Origin: an uncultured cyanobacterium
GTDB taxonomy: Bacteria; Cyanobacteriota; Cyanobacteriia; Pseudanabaenales; Pseudanabaenaceae
DNA: 64,000 nucleotides
Assembly: GCA_963703315.1 (NCBI GenBank)
Contig: OY969811.1
Coordinates: 704,001 to 768,000, forward strand
Reading direction: 5' to 3'
Under the pieces are notes generated by a model that was not told the origin of the DNA, did no database searches, and saw only the letters and a program-made list of their open reading frames with translations. The first letter of the stretch is position 1. The number at the start of each line of letters is the position of its first letter. Below are positions 49,119-58,566 of this stretch, in pieces. The position numbers were made by a program, and so were the translations under genes.

Positions 49119-49577
49119 ATGGCTTTGAATGTTGGCGATCGCGCCCCAGAGTTTAGCTTGCCCGACACCAATGGCAATATCGTGACCCTATCTAGCCTTA
49201 AGGGAAACCGAGTTATTTTATATTTTTATCCCCGCGATAACACCCCTGGATGCACTAAGGAAGCTTGTGGGTTTCGCGACAATTACGCCCAATTTCAAGC
49301 AAAAAACACATTGATTTTTGGGGTAAGCACCGATGATGCGAAATCACACCAAAAATTTACTGCTAAGTTTGAATTACCTTTCCCATTACTCAGCGATGTT
49401 GATGGTCAAGTTGCTACTGCCTATGAGAGCTATGGCAAAAAACAATTTATGGGTAAAGAGTATTTAGGTGTTTTCCGTAATACCTTTGTGATTGACCCAG
49501 AAGGTAAAATTGAGAAAATTTATCTTAGAGTTAAAGCAGAGCCACATCCTGCCCAAGTTCTAGCTGATATCCTTTGA
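49119..49577 (+). CDS. bcp: Peroxiredoxin Q / BCP
   Basis: YFYPRDNTPGCTKEACGFRD. Confidence 0.95.
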   Translation: MALNVGDRAPEFSLPDTNGNIVTLSSLKGNRVILYFYPRDNTPGCTKEACGFRDNYAQFQAKNTLIFGVSTDDAKSHQKFTAKFELPFPLLSDVDGQVATAYESYGKKQFMGKEYLGVFRNTFVIDPEGKIEKIYLRVKAEPHPAQVLADIL

Positions 49578-49578
49578 G

Positions 49579-50457
49579 GTGTATACATTGGAACCAAGCC
49601 TAATTAAGTCTTTGATTGCTGAACCTTGGGTAATTCGCGATCGCCAATTTATTTGGGGCGAGCGCACTTATCTGATGGGTGTTTTAAATGTTACGCCCGA
49701 CAGTTTTAGTGATGGTGGTCGATTTGCTTCTAAGGATGCGGCACTTCAGCAGGTCGCGCAGATGCTGCCCTATATTGACATTCTGGACATTGGTGGCGAG
49801 TCCACCCGTCCCGATGCTCAACCTGTCAGTGCTGAAGAGGAAAGCGATCGCATTTTGCCAATTATTGAGGCAGTTCGTGCCGCATACCCTAACCTCCCCA
49901 TTTCCGTTGATACTGTCAAGGCAAGCGTGGCAAAAGCAGCGATCGCCGCAGGAGCCGATATCCTCAACGATGTGTCGTCAGGTCGGTTTGATCTGGAAAT
50001 GTTACCTCTAGCAGGAAAGTTGCAAGTACCAATTTTTTTGATGCATATGCAAGGCGAACCCCGCACGATGCAAGCTAATCCGCAATATCGCAATGTCGTG
50101 CAAGAGGTGAAGCAATTTCTCAGCGATGCGATCACGGTAGCAAAGGCTTGTGGTATTCCTGCAAATTTAATTGCGATCGATCCAGGAATTGGCTTTGGTA
50201 AAACTCTGGAGCATAATCTTGACCTATTAAGAAACTTAAGTGTTTTTAAAACGATTAAAGCTCCACTTTTAGTAGGCGTATCGCGCAAAAGTTTTATTGG
50301 CAAAATCTGCGATCGACCTGATCCTCGCGATCGCTTATTTGGAACGATATCTGCCTGTAGTGCTTGCATCGCAGGTGGCGCTGATATTTTACGAGTACAT
50401 GACCCTAAAGAAGTTGCCGATGCTTGTCGCGTTAGTGATGCAATTTTTCGCTTATAA
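49579..50457 (+). CDS. folP: Dihydropteroate synthase
   Basis: NVTPDSFSDGG, GGESTRP, DPGIGFGK, SRK, RVHD. Confidence 0.97.
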   Translation: MYTLEPSLIKSLIAEPWVIRDRQFIWGERTYLMGVLNVTPDSFSDGGRFASKDAALQQVAQMLPYIDILDIGGESTRPDAQPVSAEEESDRILPIIEAVRAAYPNLPISVDTVKASVAKAAIAAGADILNDVSSGRFDLEMLPLAGKLQVPIFLMHMQGEPRTMQANPQYRNVVQEVKQFLSDAITVAKACGIPANLIAIDPGIGFGKTLEHNLDLLRNLSVFKTIKAPLLVGVSRKSFIGKICDRPDPRDRLFGTISACSACIAGGADILRVHDPKEVADACRVSDAIFRL

Positions 50458-50605
50458 AGACTATTGCAAAACCCGCATAATCTCTATGCAAAATTACTAA
50501 TAATAAAAAGTATCCCTAACAGTCCATCAGTTACAATAGCGACACAGGATGTAGGCTTTAATACCATCCAAATAAAGTTTGTAATCATTTTTTAGAGGGC
50601 AAGAC

Positions 50606-51709
50606 GTGCCACAGGCTAAGCATTTGCTGATTGGTTCCACCAGATCAGGTAGTGGTAAATCAGCAACAATTTTGGGTTTAACATATCATTTGCAAGCCAA
50701 AGGTTACAAAGTTGGCTACGGTAAACCAATTGGCACTTTTACGACCAAAGAATTACCTGAGTCAGCCGAACGTGGAGAAGCTGATGTGGAATTTATTAGA
50801 AAAGCGCTCAATTTACCGCAATCACTCCTACGCCCCACGCTCCTAAATCTTGACCGAGCTGCTATTCAGCGTCGTTTATCTGGTGAAGATAAGGCTGACT
50901 ACAGCCATAAACTAGAAGAATACAAAACAATCATCGAAGGCGATCTTGTCCTTTTAGAAGCTCCTGCTAACACCGCAGAGGGTGCTATTTTTGGATTGTC
51001 CTTAGAGGAAATGGCAAATCATCTTGATGCCCCAATTGTTTTAGTCATGCGATTTGGCTCACTCTTAGTTGTGGATCACATTTTGATGGCAAAACAGCGT
51101 TTCGGTAAGCATCTGTTGGGAGTAGTCATTAATGACATCCCTGAAGATCAATACGAAACTGCGATCGAAATCCTGCATCCCTATCTTGAAGAACAGGGTA
51201 TTCCCGTATTTGCTCTCATGCCCGAAAATCGCACCTTACGCAGTGTCAGCGTCTCCGAAATCATTGAGCAGCTAGGTGCAACGATACTCTGTTCTCCTGA
51301 AAATATTGATTTAGGCAAAGTCATGGTCGAGGAGCTAAAAATTGGGGCTATGGATGTTAATTCTGCCCAAAGCTATTTCCGTAAATCCTATAACAAGGCT
51401 GTAATTACAGGCAGCAGCCGCATTGATCTCCAATTTGCTGCTCTCGAAACTTCTACCAATTGCCTGATCCTCACGGGTCGCCCTTTCATTAACGACGATG
51501 TTGCTCACAAGGCGAAGGAATTGGGTGTACCCGTACTTTCTGTCAACAAAGACACCTTGAGTACAGTTAGTATTATTGAAGGTTGTCTTGGTCAAGTCCG
51601 TTTACATGAAGGGATTAAAGTGACGAGTATTTGCGACATGATGGGCAAGCACTTTAATTTCGATCGCCTATTAAAGCTCATGAAAGTCAAGGCTCTTGCC
51701 ACCGCTTAA
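50606..51709 (+). CDS. Phosphotransacetylase-family protein (BioD-like N domain + DRTGG)
   Basis: SGKS, GYGKP, IGAM, AVITG..R.D.Q.AALET. Confidence 0.85.
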   Translation: MPQAKHLLIGSTRSGSGKSATILGLTYHLQAKGYKVGYGKPIGTFTTKELPESAERGEADVEFIRKALNLPQSLLRPTLLNLDRAAIQRRLSGEDKADYSHKLEEYKTIIEGDLVLLEAPANTAEGAIFGLSLEEMANHLDAPIVLVMRFGSLLVVDHILMAKQRFGKHLLGVVINDIPEDQYETAIEILHPYLEEQGIPVFALMPENRTLRSVSVSEIIEQLGATILCSPENIDLGKVMVEELKIGAMDVNSAQSYFRKSYNKAVITGSSRIDLQFAALETSTNCLILTGRPFINDDVAHKAKELGVPVLSVNKDTLSTVSIIEGCLGQVRLHEGIKVTSICDMMGKHFNFDRLLKLMKVKALATA

Positions 51710-51742
51710 ATAAAAAAAGATTGTGCTTTGCACAATCTTTTT

Positions 51743-51973
51743 TTACATCTCTTGGAGAGTTTTCCAGCCAGGTTGCCATAGCGATCGCCTTTTGAGGGCT
51801 TTAGCATTGAGCCAAAACCTCACAGAATCATCACAAGCTGCTTTGATCTCTGCAAAAACTAAATCACCCTCATTTTTGCGATTGACTACTACAAAATGTC
51901 GCCAGCCAAAGGTTTCTTGCATAGCTGTCCATTTTGATCCGATTAAATGCGGAAACTTTTGTTTTTTCGGCAT
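51743..51973 (-). CDS. TIGR02450-type Trp-rich protein
   Basis: GSKWTA..GWRHF..W.PGW. Confidence 0.85.
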   Translation of the reverse strand: MPKKQKFPHLIGSKWTAMQETFGWRHFVVVNRKNEGDLVFAEIKAACDDSVRFWLNAKALKRRSLWQPGWKTLQEM

Positions 51974-52022
51974 GGCATATATTTAGACATAAAAAATTGC
52001 GAGTAATCGCAATTTTTTATGT

Positions 52023-52265
52023 CTAATCAACATCATCATCATCAAGATCATCATCATCGTCATCGATGTAACTAGCATCATCACCGAGCATCAATTCACT
52101 CAGTTCTTCAGCTTCATCATCAAACTTTAGGCTGGACTCAGTGCCTTCTCTAGCAATCAGTCTACCTGTAGACTCTAACCAATCCAAGATCGATACTTCT
52201 TGCTGAGTAGGAATGATGGCAGCAGGTTGGTTGCGGCGTTGAACGCGCAAAGCGGGGTTATTCAT
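52023..52265 (-). CDS. DUF3134 family protein
   Basis: NPAL..R.QPA.IIP..SILDWLESTGRLIAR, acidic tail; ATG at 52265. Confidence 0.8.
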   Translation of the reverse strand: MNNPALRVQRRNQPAAIIPTQQEVSILDWLESTGRLIAREGTESSLKFDDEAEELSELMLGDDASYIDDDDDDLDDDDVD

Positions 52266-52328
52266 ATCTAAAAAAATACCTATTGTGATTACCAATCAAA
52301 AAGAGTGCTAAGCACCCTTCTCGATTAT

Positions 52329-52667
52329 TTAGAAACCTGCGGGTAAACCTAAGCCACCAGTGAGATCTTCCATTTTTTGTTTCATTGTGCCAGTCGAAAG
52401 CTGATAAGCATCCTTTAAAGCTGCAAGTACTAAGTCTGATAAAACTTCTGCACCTTCGTTCAATGCTTCTGGGGCAATTTCTACACTTTGAGGTTCTTGG
52501 TTGCCACTTAGGGTTACTTTAACTAAGCCGCCGCCTGATTCACCAGTTAGACGTAGTTGATCTAATTCTTCTTGTAACTTTTTCGCGCCTTCTTGAATTT
52601 GCTGCGCTTTTTGGAAGGCTTCTTTCATTTTGCCTAAACCAAAGCCAAATCCTTTTCCGTCTGACAT
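52329..52667 (-). CDS. YbaB/EbfC nucleoid-associated protein
   Basis: [21 protein letters not shown]. Confidence 0.93.
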   Translation of the reverse strand: MSDGKGFGFGLGKMKEAFQKAQQIQEGAKKLQEELDQLRLTGESGGGLVKVTLSGNQEPQSVEIAPEALNEGAEVLSDLVLAALKDAYQLSTGTMKQKMEDLTGGLGLPAGF

Positions 52668-52741
52668 AGCAGTATCAGTCTTGTTCTAAGTTTTCCCATA
52701 TATTATGTCACTAATCGTCACGGTTCGGTAAGTACGGTCAT

Positions 52742-52795
52742 CTAGATATCCGTCCATAGACGTGCATCAACAAATCTAGAAATATGTTTGATATT
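52742..52795 (-). pseudogene. 3' remnant of a PIN-domain toxin gene
   Basis: Translates NIKHISRFVDARLWTDI*, resembling the C-terminus of cyanobacterial PIN proteins (N..HL.RFV.A..W..I). Confidence 0.6.
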
Positions 52796-52823
52796 TTTTT
52801 CATATAATCACAGGACTATAAAG

Positions 52824-54353
52824 CTTACGGTTCGCTGATGTTTGAAATAAGTCAAAACATTTGACGAAAAAATTTAATTGTTATCACTCAGCAGGTCTAT
52901 TTTTTTCTACATCCATTAAGAGATTTTGCAATCCCTGATAGGGAGATGGATATATTTTTAGCTTCTTATGCCACTTATCAATCCATTCTTTTTCATCTTC
53001 CTCACAGTTTTGATCGGATAAATCCTTTAGACTATCAGGAAGATTTGTATTGCACAGATATGTATGCTTCAATTGTTCTCTTGTTAACTCCTTTGCATCC
53101 TCAAAATCTGCACCACTGAGGTTTGCGCCATCAAGTTTTGTGCTTTTGAGATTTGCACCCTTAAGTTTGGTATATTTGAGATTTGCACCTTCAAGATTGG
53201 CTACGAATAAATCTGCACTCTCAAGATTAGCGCATGTGAGATATGCGCCCTTAAGCCTGCTTCCTACAAAGTTTACGCCATTAAGCCATGAGGATTCTAG
53301 GTCTGACCCCTTAAGATTAGCTCCTGAAAGATTTGCGTTCCAAAGATTAGCTCCTGAAAGATTTGCGTACTCAAGATTAGCTTTTGAAAGATCTGCGCCA
53401 TTCTCTAAAGTTAGACCAGAAAGAGATTCACCCTGCTCAACTAAATCTTCTAATGCTGCAATCCTAGCGCCGCAAACCTTCTGACTATGAGATGTATGAA
53501 TCACTTGCCATGCTTGGTATTTTGCTTGCCGTTCACGTTGAGGGATTTCTTGGAGAAATTTCCATCCCACGTAGAGGATAGTTAAATTTGGTAGCACACC
53601 AAAAAACCACAATAGCCCCTGCCCTGTCAACTTAAATCGTTGGCTACGGCTTAGATCTTGATAAAACCAAACAATTGGACTTAGTAAGTTGTCCCTCCTA
53701 ACATCTGGCAGGAGGTCTGGATTTGACTTTTGGAGAGCTAATAGCTTTTTGTATTCATCGGGTTTAATTTCAAGCTTCTTAGATTCGCTTTGGATCATTA
53801 GTTCCCGAACAAATGGGTCAGTCTTCTTGTTTACAGCCTCGATACTATTTTTTGTCTTAGAGATCAAATCTTTTAATTCTTGACTTTCCAGACTATTTTC
53901 TTGTTTATTTTCTGGGTAGAAAGCTATGGACAAGAGCAATAAAACGAATAGACTACTACCAATCTTTAAGCCTGTCATCAAGCCATTATTTTGCTTCAAT
54001 CTAGAGACAAACTTGCTCTTGAGCAAAGTCTCCCAAAAAGGTCTGCTTGGGACATTATTATTTTCCAATATTCTTTATCCTCAATAACTATTTATCACTA
54101 TCAAAAATCTTAATCGTTTTAAGATTTTACAAGTTTAATCATATAAATTATGGTTTGCTGATTTTTTAAGTGTAAACAGCTTTCATTTATTTAGTTTTTA
54201 ACTACTAATAATCAGTAATTAATTTTTTTAAGATGTTATTGTCAACATAATTCCTATAAAAACCAATAGTAGCATCAAAAAATTTACAAATCCTGAAAGA
54301 CCTATTTTCTCGTCAAATGTTTTGACCTATTTCAAAAATTAGCGAACCAGAAG
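52824..54353. mobile_element. Non-autonomous cargo-carrying element (50-bp TIRs, 6-bp TSD ATAAAG)
   Basis: 52824-52873 matches the reverse complement of 54304-54353 at 44/50; ATAAAG at 52818-52823 and 54354-54359; no HIP1 seen inside. Confidence 0.8.
52884..54068 (-). CDS. Membrane-anchored pentapeptide repeat protein
   Basis: Two hydrophobic segments, YQAWQVI..RI.ALE.L linker, A(D/N)L.. repeats. Confidence 0.9.
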   Translation of the reverse strand: MENNNVPSRPFWETLLKSKFVSRLKQNNGLMTGLKIGSSLFVLLLLSIAFYPENKQENSLESQELKDLISKTKNSIEAVNKKTDPFVRELMIQSESKKLEIKPDEYKKLLALQKSNPDLLPDVRRDNLLSPIVWFYQDLSRSQRFKLTGQGLLWFFGVLPNLTILYVGWKFLQEIPQRERQAKYQAWQVIHTSHSQKVCGARIAALEDLVEQGESLSGLTLENGADLSKANLEYANLSGANLWNANLSGANLKGSDLESSWLNGVNFVGSRLKGAYLTCANLESADLFVANLEGANLKYTKLKGANLKSTKLDGANLSGADFEDAKELTREQLKHTYLCNTNLPDSLKDLSDQNCEEDEKEWIDKWHKKLKIYPSPYQGLQNLLMDVEKNRPAE

Positions 54354-55025
54354 ATAAAGTGGTGAGTTTGGATCAAGGCACTCTTGTAAGTAATTCCAAG
54401 TTTCGGTTTGTTCATCTCCATCTTCAGCTAACCATTCTTCCATGAGTCTAGCTAGACCTTGACGTTGTTTTTCTCTCGTTTTCTTAGGATCTTGACTGTC
54501 TATTCTGGTGATGATGCTTGTAAAGTAGCTGTCTAGTTCGGTGACAATATCAGAATTTTTGAGCAGTGGCTTAACTAAGATTTGGATTTGTCTAACTACG
54601 GTAACTAGGAATTGAATTTGTGTGGATTCGTTTTGAGATTTTAGGGATTGTAGGTTCAATTGTTCTAGGATTAATGCATCATTACCAATGAGTGCGTAAG
54701 TAAGATAGTGCAAAATATTTTTGCAGTCGCTGGATAGGTCTTTTAGAAATTCTTGAGTAATTGATGCTTGGGTAATTGATGTAGTTGTTTCGGTGATCGG
54801 GATTTCTTGAATAGCCACTAAGATCGCTTCTCGGACTATTTTTTTCGCGTTGACTGTAAGTAGTTGGACAAATTCTAAGATTTCTCTTAGTCGTGCTAAA
54901 GATACATCAGTATTGAATGTGTCCATAAATGAGTCGGTATTAACATTAATGGTTAATTCAGTGACTGATTCAATAGTTGGGTCAGATGTGATCATTGCAA
55001 TATTTTGCATAGCTTTGCCCCTCAT
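54339..55025 (-). CDS. Degenerate phycobiliprotein-fold domain fused to an antitoxin-like C-terminal segment
   Basis: NAKKIVREA, D...ILHYLTYALIGND..IL, ELDSYF; tail LMEEWLAEDGDEQTETWNYLQECLD. Confidence 0.6.
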   Translation of the reverse strand: MRGKAMQNIAMITSDPTIESVTELTINVNTDSFMDTFNTDVSLARLREILEFVQLLTVNAKKIVREAILVAIQEIPITETTTSITQASITQEFLKDLSSDCKNILHYLTYALIGNDALILEQLNLQSLKSQNESTQIQFLVTVVRQIQILVKPLLKNSDIVTELDSYFTSIITRIDSQDPKKTREKQRQGLARLMEEWLAEDGDEQTETWNYLQECLDPNSPLYLLVR

Positions 55026-55088
55026 CTGTCTTGATCTATATTTTAGAATTTAGAGCGCTTAACCATGATGCTAGCACAGCCTATGATG

Positions 55089-55694
55089 TTAAGTACTTGC
55101 TGAAAATTCTTGGCTAAAATCTTGAATTTTCTTAAATTTGTAAAAATCCATAATTGCGCCCCAGATGGCTGAGCCTGTTTCAGGATTGACTCCGCGATCG
55201 CCACTCCAAAATTCATCAGCACTAACCTCAAAACCTAAAACAACTTGGCGCGATTCGTTTAAATATTGAAAACAACATTTGGCATCTTTGGGCATTTCGG
55301 CTTTGTAGCGACCATTGGCAAATGAGACATCTAGTAAACAACCAGCCAGAGGTTCGATGTCATTAATGGTGATTTGATTAAGCCGATCGCGATCGCGTCC
55401 AGCCCCAGACCATGCGACAGGATCTTTAAATCCCCAATATTTCACCTGAATTTTGCCGTCATTTTCCACAAATTGCAAAATGCGCTGACGATAGGGGCGA
55501 TCGAGGATCAGGGCATTGGCTTGTTCGGCAAAGATGGCAATGCTGCCCAAAATGTTAAATGGGATAGGACGTTGCCACCAGACTAAGTTCACAAACCAAA
55601 CAGGTTGATCTAGCGATTGTTCACGGTTACTAAATTCTCCCGCTATCCATGACGCGAGAGTTGAGAGTTCTTTAGAAATACTTGTAAGTGTCAT
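55089..55694 (-). CDS. cpcT: CpcT/CpeT-family chromophore lyase
   Basis: AGEFSNREQ..P.WF, EQA..PYRQR, GC, DRG..WG. Confidence 0.85.
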   Translation of the reverse strand: MTLTSISKELSTLASWIAGEFSNREQSLDQPVWFVNLVWWQRPIPFNILGSIAIFAEQANALILDRPYRQRILQFVENDGKIQVKYWGFKDPVAWSGAGRDRDRLNQITINDIEPLAGCLLDVSFANGRYKAEMPKDAKCCFQYLNESRQVVLGFEVSADEFWSGDRGVNPETGSAIWGAIMDFYKFKKIQDFSQEFSAST

Positions 55695-55748
55695 AAATAA
55701 TTAATGTTAGGTGGTTGCAGGTGATTGCGGATAGAGTTCATCCAAAAT

Positions 55749-56789
55749 CTAATTTGCGAGGTCAAATATAACTTCGGTTAAGCCAGTTACAACTCTTGTA
55801 AACTTATCAAAATTAATTTTGTCAAGAGTATCTTGTTCTGTATGGTAATGCGGGTAGCGGTAAGTAGCCGTATCTGTAACCATGATTGCGGGATATCCCT
55901 GCTGCCAAAACGACCAATGATCCGACCAACCAATTCCAGATATCCAATCGGGCAAAGAAGCGCCTTCAGAGGGGAATTGGGCATGATTACGAAAAGAGGC
56001 GATCGCTTTTCTCACCAAATCTCCAGATTGGACATTGCCGATAAAACCGATGAAATTGCCTTGGTTTGGATAAATTAAGCCGATAGGAAAAGGATATCTC
56101 TGGCTTTTCTCAATATCTGAAAAGTATCCCATCGTCTCTAGACTCAACATTGCCACAATATTTGCTCCCTGCTGGTGTAGTTGTTTGGCATACACGAAAC
56201 TCCCCATATCCTTTGTCCAGAAATAGGGTGGTTCTTCATTCGTAAATTCAACAAAACGAATAGTTCTCTTGGTAGATTTTGTGGCAAATATTCTCGCTAG
56301 CTCTAGGGTTGCTGCTGCACCTGTAGCATTGTCGTTAGCACCAATACTAGTGAAAGCAGTGTCATAATGACCTCCCACTACCACAATTTCTTGAGGTTTA
56401 TCGGTTCCTATTTTTTCAACTTCTAGGTTGTAGTATGACTTGCCCTGAATTTTGTACTCAAGTGATTTTGGCTTATAACCTGCTTTAGTAAAAGCTTCTT
56501 CAAGAAAATCTTTGGTAGCATTTAGCTTTGCATATTGTCCAGAATTTCTGGCTCCAATTTCCGAGGCGATTTTTTGAATGTCCTGTTTTAGCAAAGCTTG
56601 CAATGCGATTTCTTCAGGCTTTAAAGCTGTAAATTGACCTCTATAACTTTGCGCTGGCATCGCAAACATGGTGAACCAGCCCCATGCACTAAGAATGAGT
56701 AAAACGGCAAAGAATATAGCTAGACGAATTAATGCGGTTTTACTAATAATCTGGAATTTTAATCTACGTTTGTTGGAGGACTGGTACAT
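55749..56789 (-). CDS. M28-family peptidase
   Basis: GGHYDT, GANDNATG, NEEPP, SDH, YH..DT. Confidence 0.9.
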   Translation of the reverse strand: MYQSSNKRRLKFQIISKTALIRLAIFFAVLLILSAWGWFTMFAMPAQSYRGQFTALKPEEIALQALLKQDIQKIASEIGARNSGQYAKLNATKDFLEEAFTKAGYKPKSLEYKIQGKSYYNLEVEKIGTDKPQEIVVVGGHYDTAFTSIGANDNATGAAATLELARIFATKSTKRTIRFVEFTNEEPPYFWTKDMGSFVYAKQLHQQGANIVAMLSLETMGYFSDIEKSQRYPFPIGLIYPNQGNFIGFIGNVQSGDLVRKAIASFRNHAQFPSEGASLPDWISGIGWSDHWSFWQQGYPAIMVTDTATYRYPHYHTEQDTLDKINFDKFTRVVTGLTEVIFDLAN

Positions 56790-56802
56790 AACTTTGCGAT
56801 CG

Positions 56803-57237
56803 CTACTGCCAAAATCTTTTATTCAAAATTGTCTCAATATCTCGCTCAAATTCCCATGTTTCGGGGAAATTTGTATCTGGATAGTCAGCAGTCAGATCAT
56901 AGAGCGCAGATGAGTAGTTAAAGTCAAACCTTTCATCCCAATTTTCTTTTAAGCTAGGGGCATCTCTAAAAATAAGCTCAATACCGCATCGATAAAAGCT
57001 AATGTCGCTTTGCCATCTCTCAAATTGATTTGGTAAGGGGACATATAGCCGTTTGAGCATATTTACGAGCAAGTTTTTCAGCTTGTCATCCAAATCTCTT
57101 TTGAGGATGTAGATCAAGCTTTCAAATTCTTCAATCAGGTTGTCTAAGTCCAGATTTGCAAAATCTTTGGCTTTAAGCTTGGTGACATTTTCCTGAACCC
57201 AAAGTATATAATCTTGGTCAAATAAAGACTGATTCAT
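56803..57237 (-). CDS. DUF29 family protein (divergent)
   Basis: LFDQDY..W, LDLDNLIEE, LKRLYV, PSLK, FP.TW.F; ATG at 57237. Confidence 0.85.
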   Translation of the reverse strand: MNQSLFDQDYILWVQENVTKLKAKDFANLDLDNLIEEFESLIYILKRDLDDKLKNLLVNMLKRLYVPLPNQFERWQSDISFYRCGIELIFRDAPSLKENWDERFDFNYSSALYDLTADYPDTNFPETWEFERDIETILNKRFWQ

Positions 57238-57447
57238 TTTAATCTTTGCCTGTAAAGTCAGGTGAGTATACTGGAAAATCCGCAACTGCTACTATGTTAT
57301 CTCCCCCACTAGACTCAGTGAAGGATGATTGGAATTTTCTTGAGGTTTGGATCGATTAAAATCAAGTGACGATCGCTTTCTTTACCATCAAAATATCAGC
57401 ATTAAACTTCTTGTATAATTGAAACTAATTGCAACTAGCGAAATAAT

Positions 57448-58566
57448 ATGAAACTTAAAAGAGTCTCTATCAAAGGGCTAAACAATAAGGTTGATTGTGA
57501 TTTTGAATTTCACGATGACATAAATATTGTCACAGGCATTAATGGCTGTGGAAAAACAACATTATTAAAAATGCTCTGGTATGCAATTTCAGGAAATATC
57601 GAGCATCTTATGTCTGAAATAAGTTTTGAATCATTTAACTTAGAAACTAGTTGTTACTCTTTATTTATAACCAACAAAGATAGTTTTATTGAGTGGAAAT
57701 ATATTGGAAATAATATTGAGGAGAGTCGTGCAGGACTATCTAAAAGTGGCGCACCTTTAAATGACCTTATCATTCAACATAAAACATCATCTGTTTTCTT
57801 CCCTACTTTTAGAAGGATAGAGGGAGGATATGCAATGATTAATCCTTATAAGAAAGGTCGTACAGCAAGTGGAGCAAGAACTGCTACATATATGCAGGAA
57901 GAGTTTATGGAAAAAGACGCTATAAACATACAAGATAACCTTGATAAATTATCGAAACTTCTAACTGTTCTCGATCATAAGTTTGTTTGTTCTATATCAA
58001 CTCATGATCTTGTTACTCTAGTAAATTCGCGCCATGCTGAAAGAGCTGAAGAAATTAATGAATATTCTCTTGAATTAAATAAATCATTGATTAACAAAAT
58101 TGAAAATATAAAATCTGGTATTGAAGATAACAAGGAAGAGTCTCTAGTCATTCTTAGCAAACTTCAACAAGAAGTAACTATTGTTAATAATAAACGTGAT
58201 GAACTTTTTCAACCTTTCAAGGTCTTATCAGAACTAGTGATAAACATTTTAAAATATAAAGAGGGTATTAAACTTAATGATTTTCAGATAGGGGGAGGAA
58301 TGCTTAAGGCTATTGATTCCAGATTTCTTTCATCTGGTGAACAACAAATGCTTAGCTTTCTTTGCTATAACGCATTTTATGAAAACTCAGTAATATTTAT
58401 TGATGAGCCTGAGTTAAGTTTGCATCCAGACTGGCAGCGTAGATTATTTCCTAACTTGATGAAGCAACAATCAAGTAACCAATTTGTTGTAGCTACACAT
58501 TCTCCTATGATTTACTCTAAATACTCAGACAAAGAAATTATACTTTCATCGGAGAAAGGTGAATGA
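57448..58566 (+). CDS. ABC/AAA_21-type ATPase, PARIS AriA-like
   Basis: GINGCGKT, LSSGEQQ, FIDEPELSLHPDWQ, ATHSP. Confidence 0.85.
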   Translation: MKLKRVSIKGLNNKVDCDFEFHDDINIVTGINGCGKTTLLKMLWYAISGNIEHLMSEISFESFNLETSCYSLFITNKDSFIEWKYIGNNIEESRAGLSKSGAPLNDLIIQHKTSSVFFPTFRRIEGGYAMINPYKKGRTASGARTATYMQEEFMEKDAINIQDNLDKLSKLLTVLDHKFVCSISTHDLVTLVNSRHAERAEEINEYSLELNKSLINKIENIKSGIEDNKEESLVILSKLQQEVTIVNNKRDELFQPFKVLSELVINILKYKEGIKLNDFQIGGGMLKAIDSRFLSSGEQQMLSFLCYNAFYENSVIFIDEPELSLHPDWQRRLFPNLMKQQSSNQFVVATHSPMIYSKYSDKEIILSSEKGE

